From contig JBHGNT010000016.1 of NCBI GenBank assembly GCA_043228905.1, forward strand, positions 1,054,001-1,118,000: 64,000 nt of DNA, written 5' to 3'. The position numbers were made by a program, and so were the translations under genes. The notes beneath the pieces were generated by a model. It was not told the origin of the DNA. It worked only from the letters and a program-made list of their open reading frames with translations, and made no database searches. Below are positions 1-14,758 of the stretch, in pieces; the first letter of the stretch is position 1; each line of letters starts with the position of its first letter. The stretch comes from Azolla caroliniana. Lineage: Eukaryota > Plantae > Polypodiophyta.

Positions 1-867
1 GAATCACTCCCCCAAAAGAGAATCAAGTTGAAATAACTGGCATTTCTGTACACGGGAATAGTAGGAACAATAGCTACTTCTAAATCATTAAAAGATAATA
101 ATGTATGCTTATTTATACTAAGCATCTCACTGTTACCAAGCAAGCATGCATGTTTATTTTGCATAATGCCAAAAAATCACAGGCAAAATTCCATGAACAA
201 TTTTACCGACTTTATTAACTGATTCAAGGCATTTCACATAACAGAAAACATCAATTTCTTATTCTTTCAGTCGATGTCACGAGAAATGACAAATGCATCA
301 TCCATGTAAATTTTGACAGTAGTAGTTTCTACCAAGCCATTGCCTGTAGTCTTTCCATGTGGAGGAAGTATGTCATTATCCATTGAAGTATTGCTGTACA
401 ACTTCACAAAATCAACAGCAAATGCTGTATTTTGTAAATCTGATCAACCTAAAGTTATACATACCTTTAATTCTTGTACCTAACATATTTGCAGCATAGT
501 CATCCAAATAGTCGTTGATGAATGGTTAGATGTGATTATAGAACTTGCCGACAAGTCCCATCGCAGTTCATTGAAACATCATAACTATCCTGAAGCTCAG
601 TCAGTTATCTTTATTCCATCATACTAATCACTTAGGTTACAAAGTTATGACACAATCAACTGCAATATTGGTACCTACGAAACTAGAATCGAGGAGATTA
701 TCTGCGCTAGAATGTTGAGATATCTCCATATATGAGTGGTTTGATAAGCTCAGATAGTATAGTGGGGAACAGGTTAGCTTGCCTCTAACAACTCAACGTT
801 TCTGTATAGCTCCGAATCTAGGTTCAACAAGTGAACAAGAACTTTCCAAGAATAGTTATATGGTATA

Positions 868-3800
868 TCATATCTCTTGCCTGCCACCTTGGAGTCCATG
901 AGCTAAATTAGCTAGATAAGGATCGGTTTGTGAACCGTTTGTCAGGAGAAGCACTAACTTGTTCAGCTCCTTGTCAAACTCCTCTTCAATTTTCCTACAA
1001 GAAAAGGTAAAGCAACATTAAAAAAAATGAAATTTTTCATTCAAAGAAGAGCATAATTGGTGATTTCAGTTCTGGCTAGACCCCAAAGTAGTTCGGAAGG
1101 TGGCCTCATCCGATGGATTAAACACCCTTGTAGCTTGATCCCGTCCTTGTCGGCTTCTTGAAGCTTTTATAGCCTTCGCTGATTTCTGTGCATCCATCTG
1201 ATCATACGTGTTGATATCCGGTGTGAACATAGAAGGTATCAACCACTGTGTTGCAGTTGCATATTGCAGACAGATCGATTTCAGCTTCTCTATTTTCTGC
1301 ACGTACATATTAATTAGTCTCTCATCCAGAACATCTAATGGTAGTCCAGTATAATTATGAGCGTAGATGAAACTCCACAAGCTATCCACTCACCCTAAGA
1401 ATACTAAGCCAAAGCAAGAGACATTCTTTGAGGCATTTATCCAAGAAAAAATCATGCTGTGCTATAACCTGGACAAGAAAACAAATCTTTTGATATTGTA
1501 TAACAATTCCATTTATGGCAAAACAAAGATTTATTAAATACCATCTCAGACCTCATCAATGCTTTTAAGTGACTGCAATTTTCCATACATTACATGCCAG
1601 TTGGGCTCAATTACCTGTTATTAACAACCAGCTACTATCAGAAAATTTACAAATGTTTTACTTTGCTCGGCAGACCAAAGCATTATATTAAACTCTAAGC
1701 ATTCCAGAAAAAACCAAGTTCTTTTTTTAAACGGCTCTATTTCTGTTCTTATTTTTCAACTTTTCACCAATCCCTCACATAGTTCTCATTCACGTTCAAA
1801 ACTCCTCCAAACAACAGTTGTCCACACACATTCTCTCCACATAATTCACATTGTGATATGTGTAATTGTTTCTGATCTCAGATGAGCATGCACGTCAAAT
1901 CTGCGTCCTGGATCTGATACCATGCTTCACTGCAGCCGCCAGATTAGTTAACCTCATTCACAAGTTGAATTCTCTAATAAAAAGTAAGCACGCACATAAT
2001 CTAATATTTATCTTGAAAGATTCAGTAGTCCAAGGATATGTCACAAAACTGGCATTCCTGTGAGACTCAACATGAGAATTTGCAAAATCCACAATATATT
2101 CCCCAGATACGGTTTGTTAAGAAAAACAGTCAGTTTCAGAGATAGATGCATGAGGCATCCTTAAAATAAGCAGTCAGTGCTATGTTTTTCTAGGTGACGG
2201 TTATGAAACAACATGGGCAAAACCAGGTTATTTTTCATTGTTCTTTGGTGGATAAAGTCGGGTTAGGAATTAATATGAATAATGCACTACGTGTTCCTTT
2301 AAATGGATATTTCATACTGCTGAGACATGCTTAAAATGAGCAATTGGGACAAGGTGAGGATTACAAAAAACAAGCAGGAAATTTTTGTTTGGTTTGCTGG
2401 TGCATACTGCTAGTGTTAAGAATCAACATAGATATTGCACTATGTGGTTACCCTAAAAAGATTTCATACCTTTGGAGAAAGTTTTGTATCAACAGAATAA
2501 TGGTGGATAAATAGCAGTGTATTCAGGAATCTAGCAGTTCTTAAAAAAATGTATGAACAACGGAATTAACCCTGACATTTTTAACATTCATCACCTCGAA
2601 TGTCAGGTAATGTTCAAATGTTTGGGTGAAATGTAGCATCCGTTGGCAAAGAACATAGGATTGTGGCATTGATGTCCCAATAAACTGTAGCCCACGTGTT
2701 GCCTGTGCCAGAGAAGCAACCCAATAAAGTAATCTCTTGAGTTTTTTCACAAACTAAATGCAACACCTACATAATGTATAAAAACATAAAATGATACCTT
2801 ATGCACTTGCCAAGTGCCACAGAGTTGCCGTTCTATATGCTTACAATGGAATAGAAGTCTGAATATAAGCTGATACTTCATTAGTGCTTTCCTTGATATA
2901 ACAAGTGATAAAGGCCACTGTACCTGTTTACCTTCCAAATTGAAATTCAGTCTATTGGACGGAAAGTATCATCCTAAGCAAGAAGCAAACAGGATATATG
3001 AACCTTATAGTTCAGCGTAAATGTATCTAGGCCTGTTATAACACCCGATGACAACTGGCTGATAGTAGGATCTGAAGCCCCTGAATCTCCAAATTTTTCA
3101 ACCCACAATATATCTGAAATGCCATCAGCTCCAGTCTTCAGATTTTCAATATGTTTAAGCAGTGGAACCTCCTCCTACGCATTAAGTACAGTATGTAAAT
3201 ACTGCCAAAGAAACTTTGTGTAAAATAAAAAGTTCTCAGTTTACAAATTTAAGCACAGTTGCAAGACTGCTTGGAATCACACAGACTCTAGCTTCCACAT
3301 TGAGATACCTAATCTCTAAAGCACTATAAATTGTTGACAAATATGCATACCACATTGCAAAACAAATCTTCATAATAAGGATCTGATGCAGTAACTGAAG
3401 TACGCAATGCAAGGTCAAGTAGGGACTGCAAATAAGAATATGGAAAATAATTATTTCATATTAACAAAAAGAAATTGCATATTGTCAGAAGCAGACAACT
3501 TCACTCGGACTAACAAGATCTCATCTAACCTGTAACTTCTCAACAGATATTGTTGATGGCCTTTTTGCTAGCTCATCCTTTGCAATATCCATGAAGTGAA
3601 CAAGAAAGTCCCCCTATGTTATGAGAAGCCCACAAATGAGAAACAAGTGCCCAGAATCTATTGAAATTCCTTAAGATGCCCTGGAAACCACTTTTGCACC
3701 TCTCAGATAAATGCGATTTGACGCAAAACATATACCTGATCTACCAGAAAATAGTGTTTTACAGAACGGAGCCGGCCCATAAGATCAAACTGGTAGACAA

Positions 3801-6800
3801 ATGAAATACAGATGTCAATGCACAATGAGCATCAGTGAAGGACGTCAGGATTGGTAGTCAATAGTTTATCTCACCTTTTGTATAATCAAATTTAGAAGCT
3901 CTGCACTGGCAAAATTGTATGCAACATTGATTCTCTCAAGATAATAGCGGGTCCCAGTGTTTGATTGTTTGGCCTCATCTGGGAAAGGAATCTGCATACA
4001 GAAGAGAACCAATTATGAGATCCAGCTGACACAAAATATGAGGCACTGATGTAGATACAGCTTTATTATGGGTGATTCAACCAAAAATATATATTCTCAT
4101 TTCATCATTGCGAGAATTTTGTATCTATGTAGTCGTCACCAAGTGATTGTACCTGTACACTATGACCACACTCCCTCATTGCATTCAAGTACTTTCCAGT
4201 TGTAAGAATAGTCTCAGCTGCACTTAAAAGAAACCCTGGCAACTCGTGTTTCAGGCTGTACCGCTTTTGCCAATATGTTGCATTATAGTCTTGACTTAAG
4301 CTCTCCTGATGGACATGCAATGTGGACACATACATTCAGCTGAAAAGACAGATATAATGAAGAGTGTCACACAACTCACCTTCTGAAGTGATTTGTTCTC
4401 ATCGATGAAAAATTCCCCATATGGATCATCAATTGCTCCTTCATATACCCATCTTCATAACCATTAAAACTTCTTAGTGGTATTTTTAGAGAACAAACTA
4501 CAAATGGTTTTTCGACAAATTGAATGTTCCTGCAAATACCGTTCAAGTATCCCCAAATATGGAGCACTGGCATACTGAGAGAGTTTCTGTAGCAACGACC
4601 TTGCAGCATTATCACCTGCTATGGCCGCAGCCTACATGTGTTACACGATAAGAACGTAATTTTCTACAGACTCGTGACTACAGCTTTGTGAGTCAAATAG
4701 ATGAACTTGTTTAACTCTGATGAAGCATTTAAGTGGAGATCACCTGATTTTCTAACAAGTTTAACAATGCAGCCCCAGAAAAATTCCCCCCAGTTGCTTT
4801 GTGGACAACAGTTGTTAGAGCTTGCATTGCACTCATCATTGGCTACACCAAAAGATAACAAAAGTTGGAACTGTATCCATGAAAGTTAATCAGCAACAAT
4901 CCCTCACGAATTCAGATTTTACCTGGCAGAAGAACCATAGCCCCTGAAGAGAAAGTCGACCAAGTCGAAACTGATGCTCTAGTTGTGCGACCAATGCATG
5001 ATAATCCTGTCAAGAAGGGTTTAAACAGATGCTCTATCATTATTTGAGTATATTAAAAAGAAGAAAGATTCCACCGCTGGGTATCTAGTTTCGGGTCAAA
5101 CTCAAAATGGCCTGTAAATACACCTAATGCAAGTGAACCAGGATAGCAATAACTCTAAGTGAAGAATCAGCAAGCACCAAATATTTCATTTGTTGCAAAT
5201 GTACTGTGTTATTATTGGGGACAAGGCCTCATATTTATATAGATTGTACAAGGCGGAGAATGCTTGCGAAGACTATTACAAGTACTCAATAACATTAGAT
5301 TAAGTAAACTTCATATAATACAAAGCATGTGCACCTTATTTCTCCACACTGAGTGAAACCCATAGTGCATAGTGGTGAATCGCGATCATCTGACTAAGAT
5401 AGACCATTGATGCACGAAAAGAATAAAGGTTGTGTCCTGCATTTGGTCAATATCTGAAAGATTGTACAAAGTTTGATAGGCTGCCTATTATATGCTTGAG
5501 ACTATTCCTATATGTAACATGGTCTAAATGCACAATTTAGCAGTTAAAAAAATGAATAGAGACTCGATCTAATAGGCTCAAACTCCTGTTCAGTGTATAT
5601 GGCATTCTGGCCTATAAATGAATATAGTTAATAAATTTGCATCTCTCTTTCTAGACTTTTCAAAGTTAACCTCCAACCTGTAGAATAGCCCTCAGTGCAG
5701 CAGCAAATGCATGGTTCACCAAACCATGTTTGAAATGTGAACGTGACTCTACAAACTGGCTGACAACTATATAGTTTTCGCACAGCGGCAAGATCCTCTT
5801 AGCTAGTTCCTTCACCAAAACTGTCAAAGATCAGCCTCCAAAGTTTCATCTTACAAGCCCCTGATATGATAATAAGTTGCACTTGCCTGAAGGGATAAAT
5901 CCATTGATGGATCAATGTGAAAACTTAATGATGTTTCCTTCAAGTTTCCCCTCTTTACTGAAATATATTTGCCTTCTATGCCCACCATTGAAAACAACAA
6001 GTCATCGATAAGGAGAAGCTCCTATAATCAACAAAAGTCAAACCACTTTTAATATCGTCAGCAGTTATACAAACATGCTGACCGCACTTTAAAGGCGGCA
6101 TCATTGTATATAGATTAGAAGGCTAATGCTAAACTTTTTAGCAGGGAAATAAATATTTAACTGTTTACAACCTGAACTGATGGGCCAAAAATGCCTATCG
6201 CTTTGTTAAGCTCGTCCATACTGCAAACAAGAGAATAAAGTCTCAACACCAATATGTTGTGTAGAAATATAGGGGACATGAGAAATCACAATGTCTCAAA
6301 TAAAACACAAATATTCACCAGAGGCTCTCTGATAACGGTCCTTTTTTTCTGTGTTGATTCATTCTGCTCTCTTTCATCTTTCATGTGCAGAAATTTCCTA
6401 GGTTAGGCATGCTATTATAAGTTGAATGGAAAGGAGAGCACCAATAGCCGTCCATCAGTGCAAAATAATTACCTGACAGAAAAGTTGACCTGTCAAGAAT
6501 GGCCGTTCACTGTTCCACCTTGGTGTTGCTGGGTATGAAACCCCTTCAGTCAATAGTTTGGAGACTTTTCTTGAATCTGTATTTTACAATTTTCTTTTAC
6601 TTTTGCTGATATAGGGAAGGCATTAAAAAATTGCTGATACAGGAAAGGTGTTAGAACATTGCATTCCTTTTCCTCCTGAGAGGATAATCTAGCAAAATTA
6701 CAAAGAGAATCCACTTGGGACAGCATGGAGAAACCAGATTCTAAATGCAAATAGTTAATTTCTGACCGCATCTGGTGCATAATTACAAAAAAATCATCCA

Positions 6801-7639
6801 AGTGATCTAGTTACATTAGGCCCTGGATTTGGCACTCCAAAACATTATGCTGATCTTACAGGCTTGATTTCAGTAAGTCAAATATGATACAGACTTTGTT
6901 TATTTTACTTCTGCAAGCATTCTCTAGCAAACTGAGAAGTGAGTAATGCAGTGAAGAGAATGCAGAGGCTAACCATGGAGACCTGTATGTTCAATAACAT
7001 CGGGTACACAATCAGGGAAAAACATATGATCGATCTCTAGGAAATCTATATACTCCTCTCGTTGTTTTGATCTTAAAAAGTTAACCTGTTACAAATTTTG
7101 TTCCTTTTTGTTGATCAGAAAGCAATCTCTAGAGAAACTAGTGTATGCACTTGGAACAGATTCGCCCCAAAGGCAACTACTTTTGCAGGTTTTCCACGAA
7201 CCAGCACCTAATGAAGCATCTAATGAAGCACGTAATGAAAACGGTATATTTTTCAGAAACAATCACGTAAGAAGACCCAAAAAAACATACATTTTCCAAG
7301 GCAACAACAAATTTCGCGCCTTTTTACCATGAAGGAGCACCTAAGAAGCCAACTAATTCCGTCCATTTTCCCACAAAACGAGCACCGAAGAAGACAATTG
7401 ATTTCATACATTTATCCACAAACAGAAATATATATCGATCAATTCAAGAAGAAACACAAGAATCGATGGATCTTACCTGGGGGAGAAGTCATGGGAGGCG
7501 ATAATTCGAGCTTCTGCAAGAAGATCGCATTAGAGGTGGAACGAAGCTGACGAACGTGATCTCTGTCGTGGATTTGAGGTGGTTTCGTGGACATGTCTGA
7601 GCTTCGTCGCGATTCTTCGTTTACAGTGGAAGGATCCAT
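868..7639 (-). CDS. GCP2: Gamma-tubulin complex component 2 (Spc97 family), multi-exon
   Basis: Exons read by eye give [29 protein letters not shown]...[52 protein letters not shown]...[50 protein letters not shown] and [14 protein letters not shown], all typical of plant GCP2. ATG at 7639; first donor after 7477; second exon starts at 6576 in matching phase; stop TGA at 868-870. Not every internal boundary was checked. Confidence 0.93.
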
Positions 7640-8036
7640 GAGAACAGAAAATCAGAGGATGTCTCTCCCTCCAAAAGAAATAAAAGAGAACCAAAAAGAA
7701 ATAAAAATTAAAACCTTCTTTTGAAAGAGAGCAGAAAATGCGTCCTCCCTCCTTTCTTCAATCGAAGCTGGGAGGGGCCAGATTTGTAAATACCATTTAT
7801 TATATCTGCCCTTCAATTTCCAACAAATGCGGGCCGGAGTGCCGGGGCCGAGTCTATCGGCAGTGGAATCATATGTAGCAATTGATGCATGCAATGCTTG
7901 GCATTCAAACATTCTTCACAACCCTAATAATTGCTCCTAAAATTGTATATGACTCTACCAGGTGGTGATAATGTATGTTGTGTTTCAAACTCGAAAGTAT
8001 TTATGTTTACATATCAAAATTCTGTCATTAGAGGCA

Positions 8037-8480
8037 TGTGATTGATGCGGATGCAATCGGAAAGAACAATGTTTCTGACAATGTCAATAAACCATAGATG
8101 ACTCTAGATTTGCATTGGTATCGCCACCCAAGTTGTTGGATTGGTACTATTTGTCACCTAAACATACACTAACATACTAGCTTATATCACCTATAGGAAT
8201 ATATGAATAACATTTTAGTGTGGTGAATCCAAAGAGAGTGTTGTTGTAATTTCAAGGTGTGATTGATGTGGATGCAATAAGAAAGAACAATGTTTTTGAC
8301 AATCTCAAAAAACCATAGATGACTCTAGATTTGCATTAGTATCACCACCCAAGTTGTTACGTTGGTACTATTTGTCACTTAAACATACACTAACATACTA
8401 GCTTATATCGCCTATAGGAATATACGAATAACATTTTAGTGTGGTGAAGCCAAAGAGAGTGTTGTTGTAATTTCAAGGTG
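8037..8480. repeat. Imperfect tandem duplication, two ~220-bp units, in the GCP2/PPR divergent intergenic region
   Basis: The unit tgtgattgatgcggatgcaat...gttgttgtaatttcaaggtg starts at ~8037 and again at ~8257, with scattered substitutions. Confidence 0.9.
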
Positions 8481-10405
8481 ATCATATTCCAAAATGTTCA
8501 ACCGATGTCATGTTGCCATTCATGTCTAAGATATCAAGTATTCCTTCTAGAATGTTATGAGTGTCGATGTTGAAGCAACAAGAACACCTTGAAATGGTTG
8601 GTCTCAAGAAACCCTGACCTTCAATGAGATACATTAATGTAAAAGAAGGCTAGATTCCGTTTTCGGTAAGAAAGTCCCTATGTAACATTGGTAAGAAGCA
8701 AATTACAAGAAAAGGAAATAATACTTTAAAATTCTCAGATTCAATGGGAATTTAATCGTTGCATTATGCATATATGAGATTTTAACTGGGTCATCGATTG
8801 GTGATTGTGTGTTGTCTACAAAATGGCAAATGTTTGTAGATGCACACACGCACACTTTTCATTTACTTAATCGTGATGCTTGCATATTAGTTGACGCGCA
8901 CAAAACAAAATCCTCTAGATCAACGTGTCCCATTGAGAAAGTGAATGTGATCGGTGCACATCAAATAGATTATAGGATATTTGGTTATGAATATACACAT
9001 AGACATAACTTATGATGGAATACGTAAATTTCGATGAGTTCATGTGGATATGAAAAAAGCATGTACATTTAATAAACAGAGACTAAGGTAACAAATTTGC
9101 ATGAAATGTAGAAGAACATGGAACATGCTTCATTTTGGACAATAAGTGTCAAACAGGAGACATGACCCATCGGGACAACAAAAAAACGATGCATTTTACA
9201 ATAGACGCTCTTTGTTGGTGCAAATTATACAACATGTGGTTGTGTGCATGTCTAAGGTTGCTTCCATTCTTTATGTAAAATTTAAATAGTATATATACAT
9301 ACATAGATACATACATACATGTGTGTGTGTGTTTAAGAGACAAGCTGAAGTTATATGTGGATAGTAGATCGAAGTTGTATGAGGTTTGCGTGTTAGGCAC
9401 CAATGATAGTAACTAGTTTACAAAGGTAGCTTGTTCCTTCAAAAGAAAATAGATCAAACAATAGCAAAGTATTAGAGTTCATGAAGTCATTATTTCAATA
9501 TATAGATACAATTCCAGACTCCAAAACAAATAATTGAAAAGAGGAAGAGGAGAAAGGAGTGGACAAGTTTTGACTAACTCGTAAAGAGAGTCAACCAAAC
9601 ATTACTTAAATTGGTTGGGATTCAACACATGGTTCAATGCGTGACCCAATATGGAAAAGGGTGCGAGGAAGTTGAGAAGATAAATCAACCAACTCAAAAG
9701 AATTGTGTGTGTCAGGGGGTGATGAGTTTAATATAAAAGCAACTTGATAATAAGGGAATATTTGAACAAGATTGCTTGAGCATGCTAATATAATTACTTG
9801 TTAGGCAGTATTCAAAACATTTATCCCTAAATTTTGAAGAAGAAGGTAGGTAGTTGATCGATGCACACAACAAATTAATTCATCACGAACTATATTAGTA
9901 TAGCTAAACGCAATGTGGGCATGCCTGTTAAGGTATTCGAGCAATAGTTGATTTCTCTATGTCCCTAATGATGCATAAGTGAGGTGTATACGTGGTACAT
10001 AATGTAGGGAACTACAGAGGGCATTCAAACAATAATTACGTAGTTCATGTCAAACTATTGGGGAGTCGGGGGATCGTTAGTTCAATACATTGACAATCCT
10101 GTCTTGAATTTAAGAAGACATAAAGCCTAATGAGACCAGGATCCAATCTGACATTGTTAAGCAGCAATCCGATATTATCACTCGAGCACTAGAAGTGTTA
10201 TCATTCGGTTAATTTGTTTACTATGGTTGTAGGAAAACTCTAACCATGGTTTGAAGAAATTCTAACCATAGTTAACTATTTCCAGAGGGTTTATGACATA
10301 CCTAGGCTGGCCGCCGTATGTATACATACTGATACATATATACTCTGTTATGCTCTTTTGAGAGAGAGAGAGACAAACAGACAGACAGAACTAGACTAGA
10401 CTAGT

Positions 10406-12826
10406 ATGTGGAAGGTCTTCTCCATCAGAAGAATCACCAATAGGTCCTCAGGAGACTCTCTGTTCCAATGGAGAAGCTCCTGTGAATCCAGCCTTACCGC
10501 AAGAAATGCGCTCTACTGTTTGAATAGAGTGAAGGACCACTTCCAAGATGACATTAAAGACGGAGAAGGAAAAACAGTTCTGGTAGGAAATAGACACCGG
10601 AGCTTCAGTACAAGCGTTTCTGAAAGGAGCACCATAGCTTCAACTAGCGATCCCACAGAAAAATATAAGTTCTCATGGAATGAACCTTTTGAGAAGGAGA
10701 CACAGGCATCTGAAATCTCCTCTGTCGCAGAAGGTTTCCGAGGTGATTCTGCTGATTCCAGTACTGAAAGTAAGCCAATGGCGGCAGGAAGGCTCGGCCG
10801 ACTCCTTATCAGACTTGGCCCCAATGAGTCTGTTACACCTATTCTCCAGCAATGGGCTGAAGAAGGCCATTCTTTCCCTAAGAATGCCATCATTGTTGCT
10901 CTAACGAATTTGAAGCGGCATCGTAGGTACAAACAGGCGCTAGAGGTATGCAAGGGAAGATAATGTAGAACTTATATGTATATGATTTATTGTTTTTGCA
11001 GGTAACTATGTATATATATATACCATGAATATATATTTTTATAATATACATATATGCGTGCTATGCACTATGTATATTATGCATGCATATGTATGCACGT
11101 CTGTTTATGTACACATATATGCACTATGCATTTATAGATGTTCGTGCATATGTGTGTATGTATGTGCTTTTATGTGTCTGTATGCTGGCAAATTAAAACC
11201 TGGCAATTATCTATAAATAAAAAATCTCTCATCAATCAGTTTAGGATGGGTTTCCTGGGGATCTGGGAATAAAGGGGTTGCTTTCTACAATATAAATCAG
11301 TGCTTCAACCTCATACATGTGCCTGCATCTAATATAACTCTATGTTGTCATAAAAGAGGCACTTTGCAATTTTTTTCCCCTTTGTGTTAATGATACAGGA
11401 ATGAAGGGATTGTGTTAATATTAAGTGGCTGATGCTATTTCCTTGTATAATATGCGTGATTTATGAGAATTTATGCTTCGTATTATCTTCCTCGTTTATA
11501 AAGAGTAATATAGTTTTTCGAAGCTATCTTAGTTTCTTAATGCAATATTTCCATCTATTGATTTTACAGCTAGCAAACTATGTAAAAACTGAGAATCTGT
11601 TCGAGATGGATGATTTTGACCACATGTATAGACTCTATTTCACTGGCCAGACTGGATCGATAGAGGATGTTGAAAAATGTTTTGCAGAAGTTCCATCCAA
11701 GTGGTCAACCGAGCTAGTATACAACCAATTGATGTCTTGTTATATTGCAAGGGGTATGATTGCAGAAGCCGAGCGAATGTTAGAGAAATTAAAAGCATCA
11801 GGAAAACATCTTTCAGCGCTACCTTTTAGTCAATTCCTTGCATTATACAGTAATCAGCGTGAGTTCGACAAAGCTTTGAATTTGCTAAGTGAAATGAATG
11901 CTAGAAGTATAGTACCTGATACGAGGACATATAACATCCTTATGAGTATGTCTCATAAACAAGGGCATACAGACAAGGTATTGGGGTTCTATGCTGCCAT
12001 GACTAATGCAGGTGTTGTTGCTGATAGTTTTACTCACTCTTTGGTCATAAAAGCATATACATCATCTGGGATGGTTGAGGAAGCTCAGTTGTTGGCTGAT
12101 GAAATGATGAAAATCAATCCTGCGGATCGCCATCTCGCAAATGATCTGTTACTCACTGTTTATGCTGACTTGGGGAAAGAACAAGAGCTTAAGAAGCTTT
12201 GGAAACGAATGTCGAGCTTTACAAACCTCTCTGCTCGCTCATATGGTGTGATGATCGAGTCTCTTGGGAAGCTTGGTTTAATCCAAGAAGCAGAAGAACT
12301 CGCCACTAGAGCTGAGAGGAAGACAGGAGGGTTAGTAGCAAGAGTATACAATGCAATGATGAATGTTTATGCTAGACATGGGAAAATGAAAGCAGCTGAA
12401 GAGCTTCTTATGCGCATCCAGAAGGATAGATTGAGGCCAAATGCTGTGACATATAGGCATATTATCGAAGGCTATCTTAAATTGGACCACATGGAGAAAG
12501 CATTAGAATATCTCCGATTATCGAGAGAGAGTTTAAGCTTTGATCATTCAAAGCCATGGTTAGCATCCTTTCTTCTTGTTATTGAAAATCTGGCAGAGAG
12601 GGGTGATGTTGAAAGTGCTGAACGCACATTTGAAACGTTCACTGCGGAGGGTCCTTATAGGAGCACGTCGATTTACAATGCCTTGCTAAAGGCTTATGTT
12701 AATGCTGGAAAAAAAACAGTTAATTTTGTCGAACGAATGTCGAAGGATGGTTTTGAACCCGATTCAGAAACTTTGGAGCTTCTGGAGAAAATCGAATCTT
12801 CAAGAAAGGATGCGTCGATGAAGTAG
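10406..12826 (+). CDS. P-class pentatricopeptide repeat protein, probably organelle-targeted; exons 10406-10945 and 11570-12826 (~598 aa)
   Basis: R/S-rich N-terminus and a WAEEG...LKRHRRYKQALE motif. GT donor at 10946 and CAG acceptor ending at 11569 are in phase. Repeated 35-aa PPR motifs (VYNQLMSCY, TYNILMSMS, VYNAMMNVYARHG, TYRHIIEGY, IYNALLKAY). Confidence 0.92.
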
Positions 12827-14617
12827 GTGTTTCCTTTTTTCTCTTGCAAGGCTGGCTACTTTTAGTGGATATCGTCGAGTTTTTGGGCAACTGGTATTAA
12901 TTGTCTGCACTCTTGATGGACAGGAAGTCTTAATGTCACGCATTTTGTCCATCTTATGTATGCAATAGAAGCAAAGAGGATAAAAACTAAGAGTTTGTTG
13001 TGTCTTAAGGAATATATACATGAGACAGTGTCTCTATCCATGTGAGTGCTATAAGCTTATGTAAAGCTTGTAGATATCACACGCAACACATCCACACATT
13101 TCTAGGCTCATAACATGGCCAGCTAAGAAGAGTTTTGACTTATTATCTAAGAGGATTCTCATTGAAAATTTTAAAATTGTTGTGTAGATACTAAAATTCC
13201 CGCATATTTTGTATCTTTGACTGTACAATATTTGTAGAATATGAAAAAAATGTTGAGAGTAAAACTTGCCTCCGTGCTTGATTTGATTATAGTGTTTGCA
13301 TGTGAAGTCATATCGATGAGTTTTCCATCTATTGATTGTTTCATCACATACTGTAACCAATTGTCATCATTTGAAAGTTCATGCTCTGAAACTGTCGTTC
13401 AATTGTTCATAGTTCAAGTTCTCTTCTTATGTTTAGAATTTCAATTATGATATCTGGATATATGACAATTCTACGTTAAATTATAGTCAAATAGGGAAAT
13501 TATCCTATTTCTTGGTATATTATGAACATATGAAATAGGTGACCAGCATCGAGTGCAGAACGTCGTTTCTGGTTTGTGATCACCGCATATATCTCAAGCA
13601 AATTCAATGATGAAGCTCTATGATATTTCAAGTTGATACAAGGCAGGAAAGCCCTTCATTTTGTTATTGCAATGTCATTTTCACGTGGTTCTCCATTCAT
13701 CCAGTACCACTAAGCAATAATCTGTAACAAAACATTCACAAGGGAAGGTAAAACTTTGAAGAGGTAAAGTGAGGATTCTCTAGCGACCTATATCATTTGT
13801 TGCAACAATGTGTCTGTGGTTTACGAGTTTCATATAGTGTTAGTTTGAAGTCACAATTACACCTGGCATAAGACTATGTGCTAAGCTCAATGTGAATGGA
13901 TTGACAAGTGAACTGCCTTGAAAATCTTTGAATGCCGATTATAACAACACAATGGTGTGCAACATGGGTTCAAATCTCGAGCATTCGCCATGATAATAAT
14001 GTGTTAGTTCTTTGTACATTGAATTTGAAACCAGATATTGATATGGCCTTGCAACAATTGGTCACAAAATAATAGAATTGGATAATAAATTGGTGACAGA
14101 TTCATCGACTTCTAAAAAAAAAAGTATGGATATTCATACAAACAATTGGTTTCCATGTCAATCCATGTTTCCAACGCGGTTTCATCTAGTCCACTATTTT
14201 ATCCTTTTGAGATGCATAAATTGAGCTAGTTCCTTCATTTTTAATGGTATTGTGATTTGTAGCTCTAAATTTTATCAAGTATTACTAGGTGGATATGGTC
14301 CCATCCTCATGAATAACTATCTAGATGGATATTATAGGCTCACATTTTCCAACATGATCCCTATCTTTGATCCTCATGAATGACCCTCTTCGACTCAAAT
14401 TTGGATATTGCATGATATCGTGGACAATTGGTCTAATAATTCATGTGATCATATCCTAGACATCAATCACTGTACCCATTCCTGTGCTCATATCGTCGAG
14501 TCTAATTTTTTCTTTACAATAGGTAGCCCCTTTGTAAATAGTAAGGAATTTAGAAATTTGGAGGCAGTCAACCAAATTTCGTCACCTTATATGGTTCACA
14601 CCTTCTTGTGACAATGT

Positions 14618-14758
14618 GTCTTCAAGCTCAACCATTTTGTTATCTATGAGAAAGAAAAAGGCTATAAGAAAGAGGCCACATTTTTTAAGTCTTCAAGCTC
14701 AACCATTTTAATATCCATGAGAAAGATAAATGTTATCACAAAGAGGCCATATTTTTTA
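14618..14758. repeat. ~70-bp imperfect tandem duplication
   Basis: gtcttcaagctcaaccatttt...aagaggccac/tatttttt occurs twice in tandem. Confidence 0.75.

Noticed and set aside
13929-13990. tRNA-like stretch with GGTTCAAATC ending in CCA
   Set aside because: Only ~62 nt, with no credible D or anticodon arm; at most a decayed fragment.
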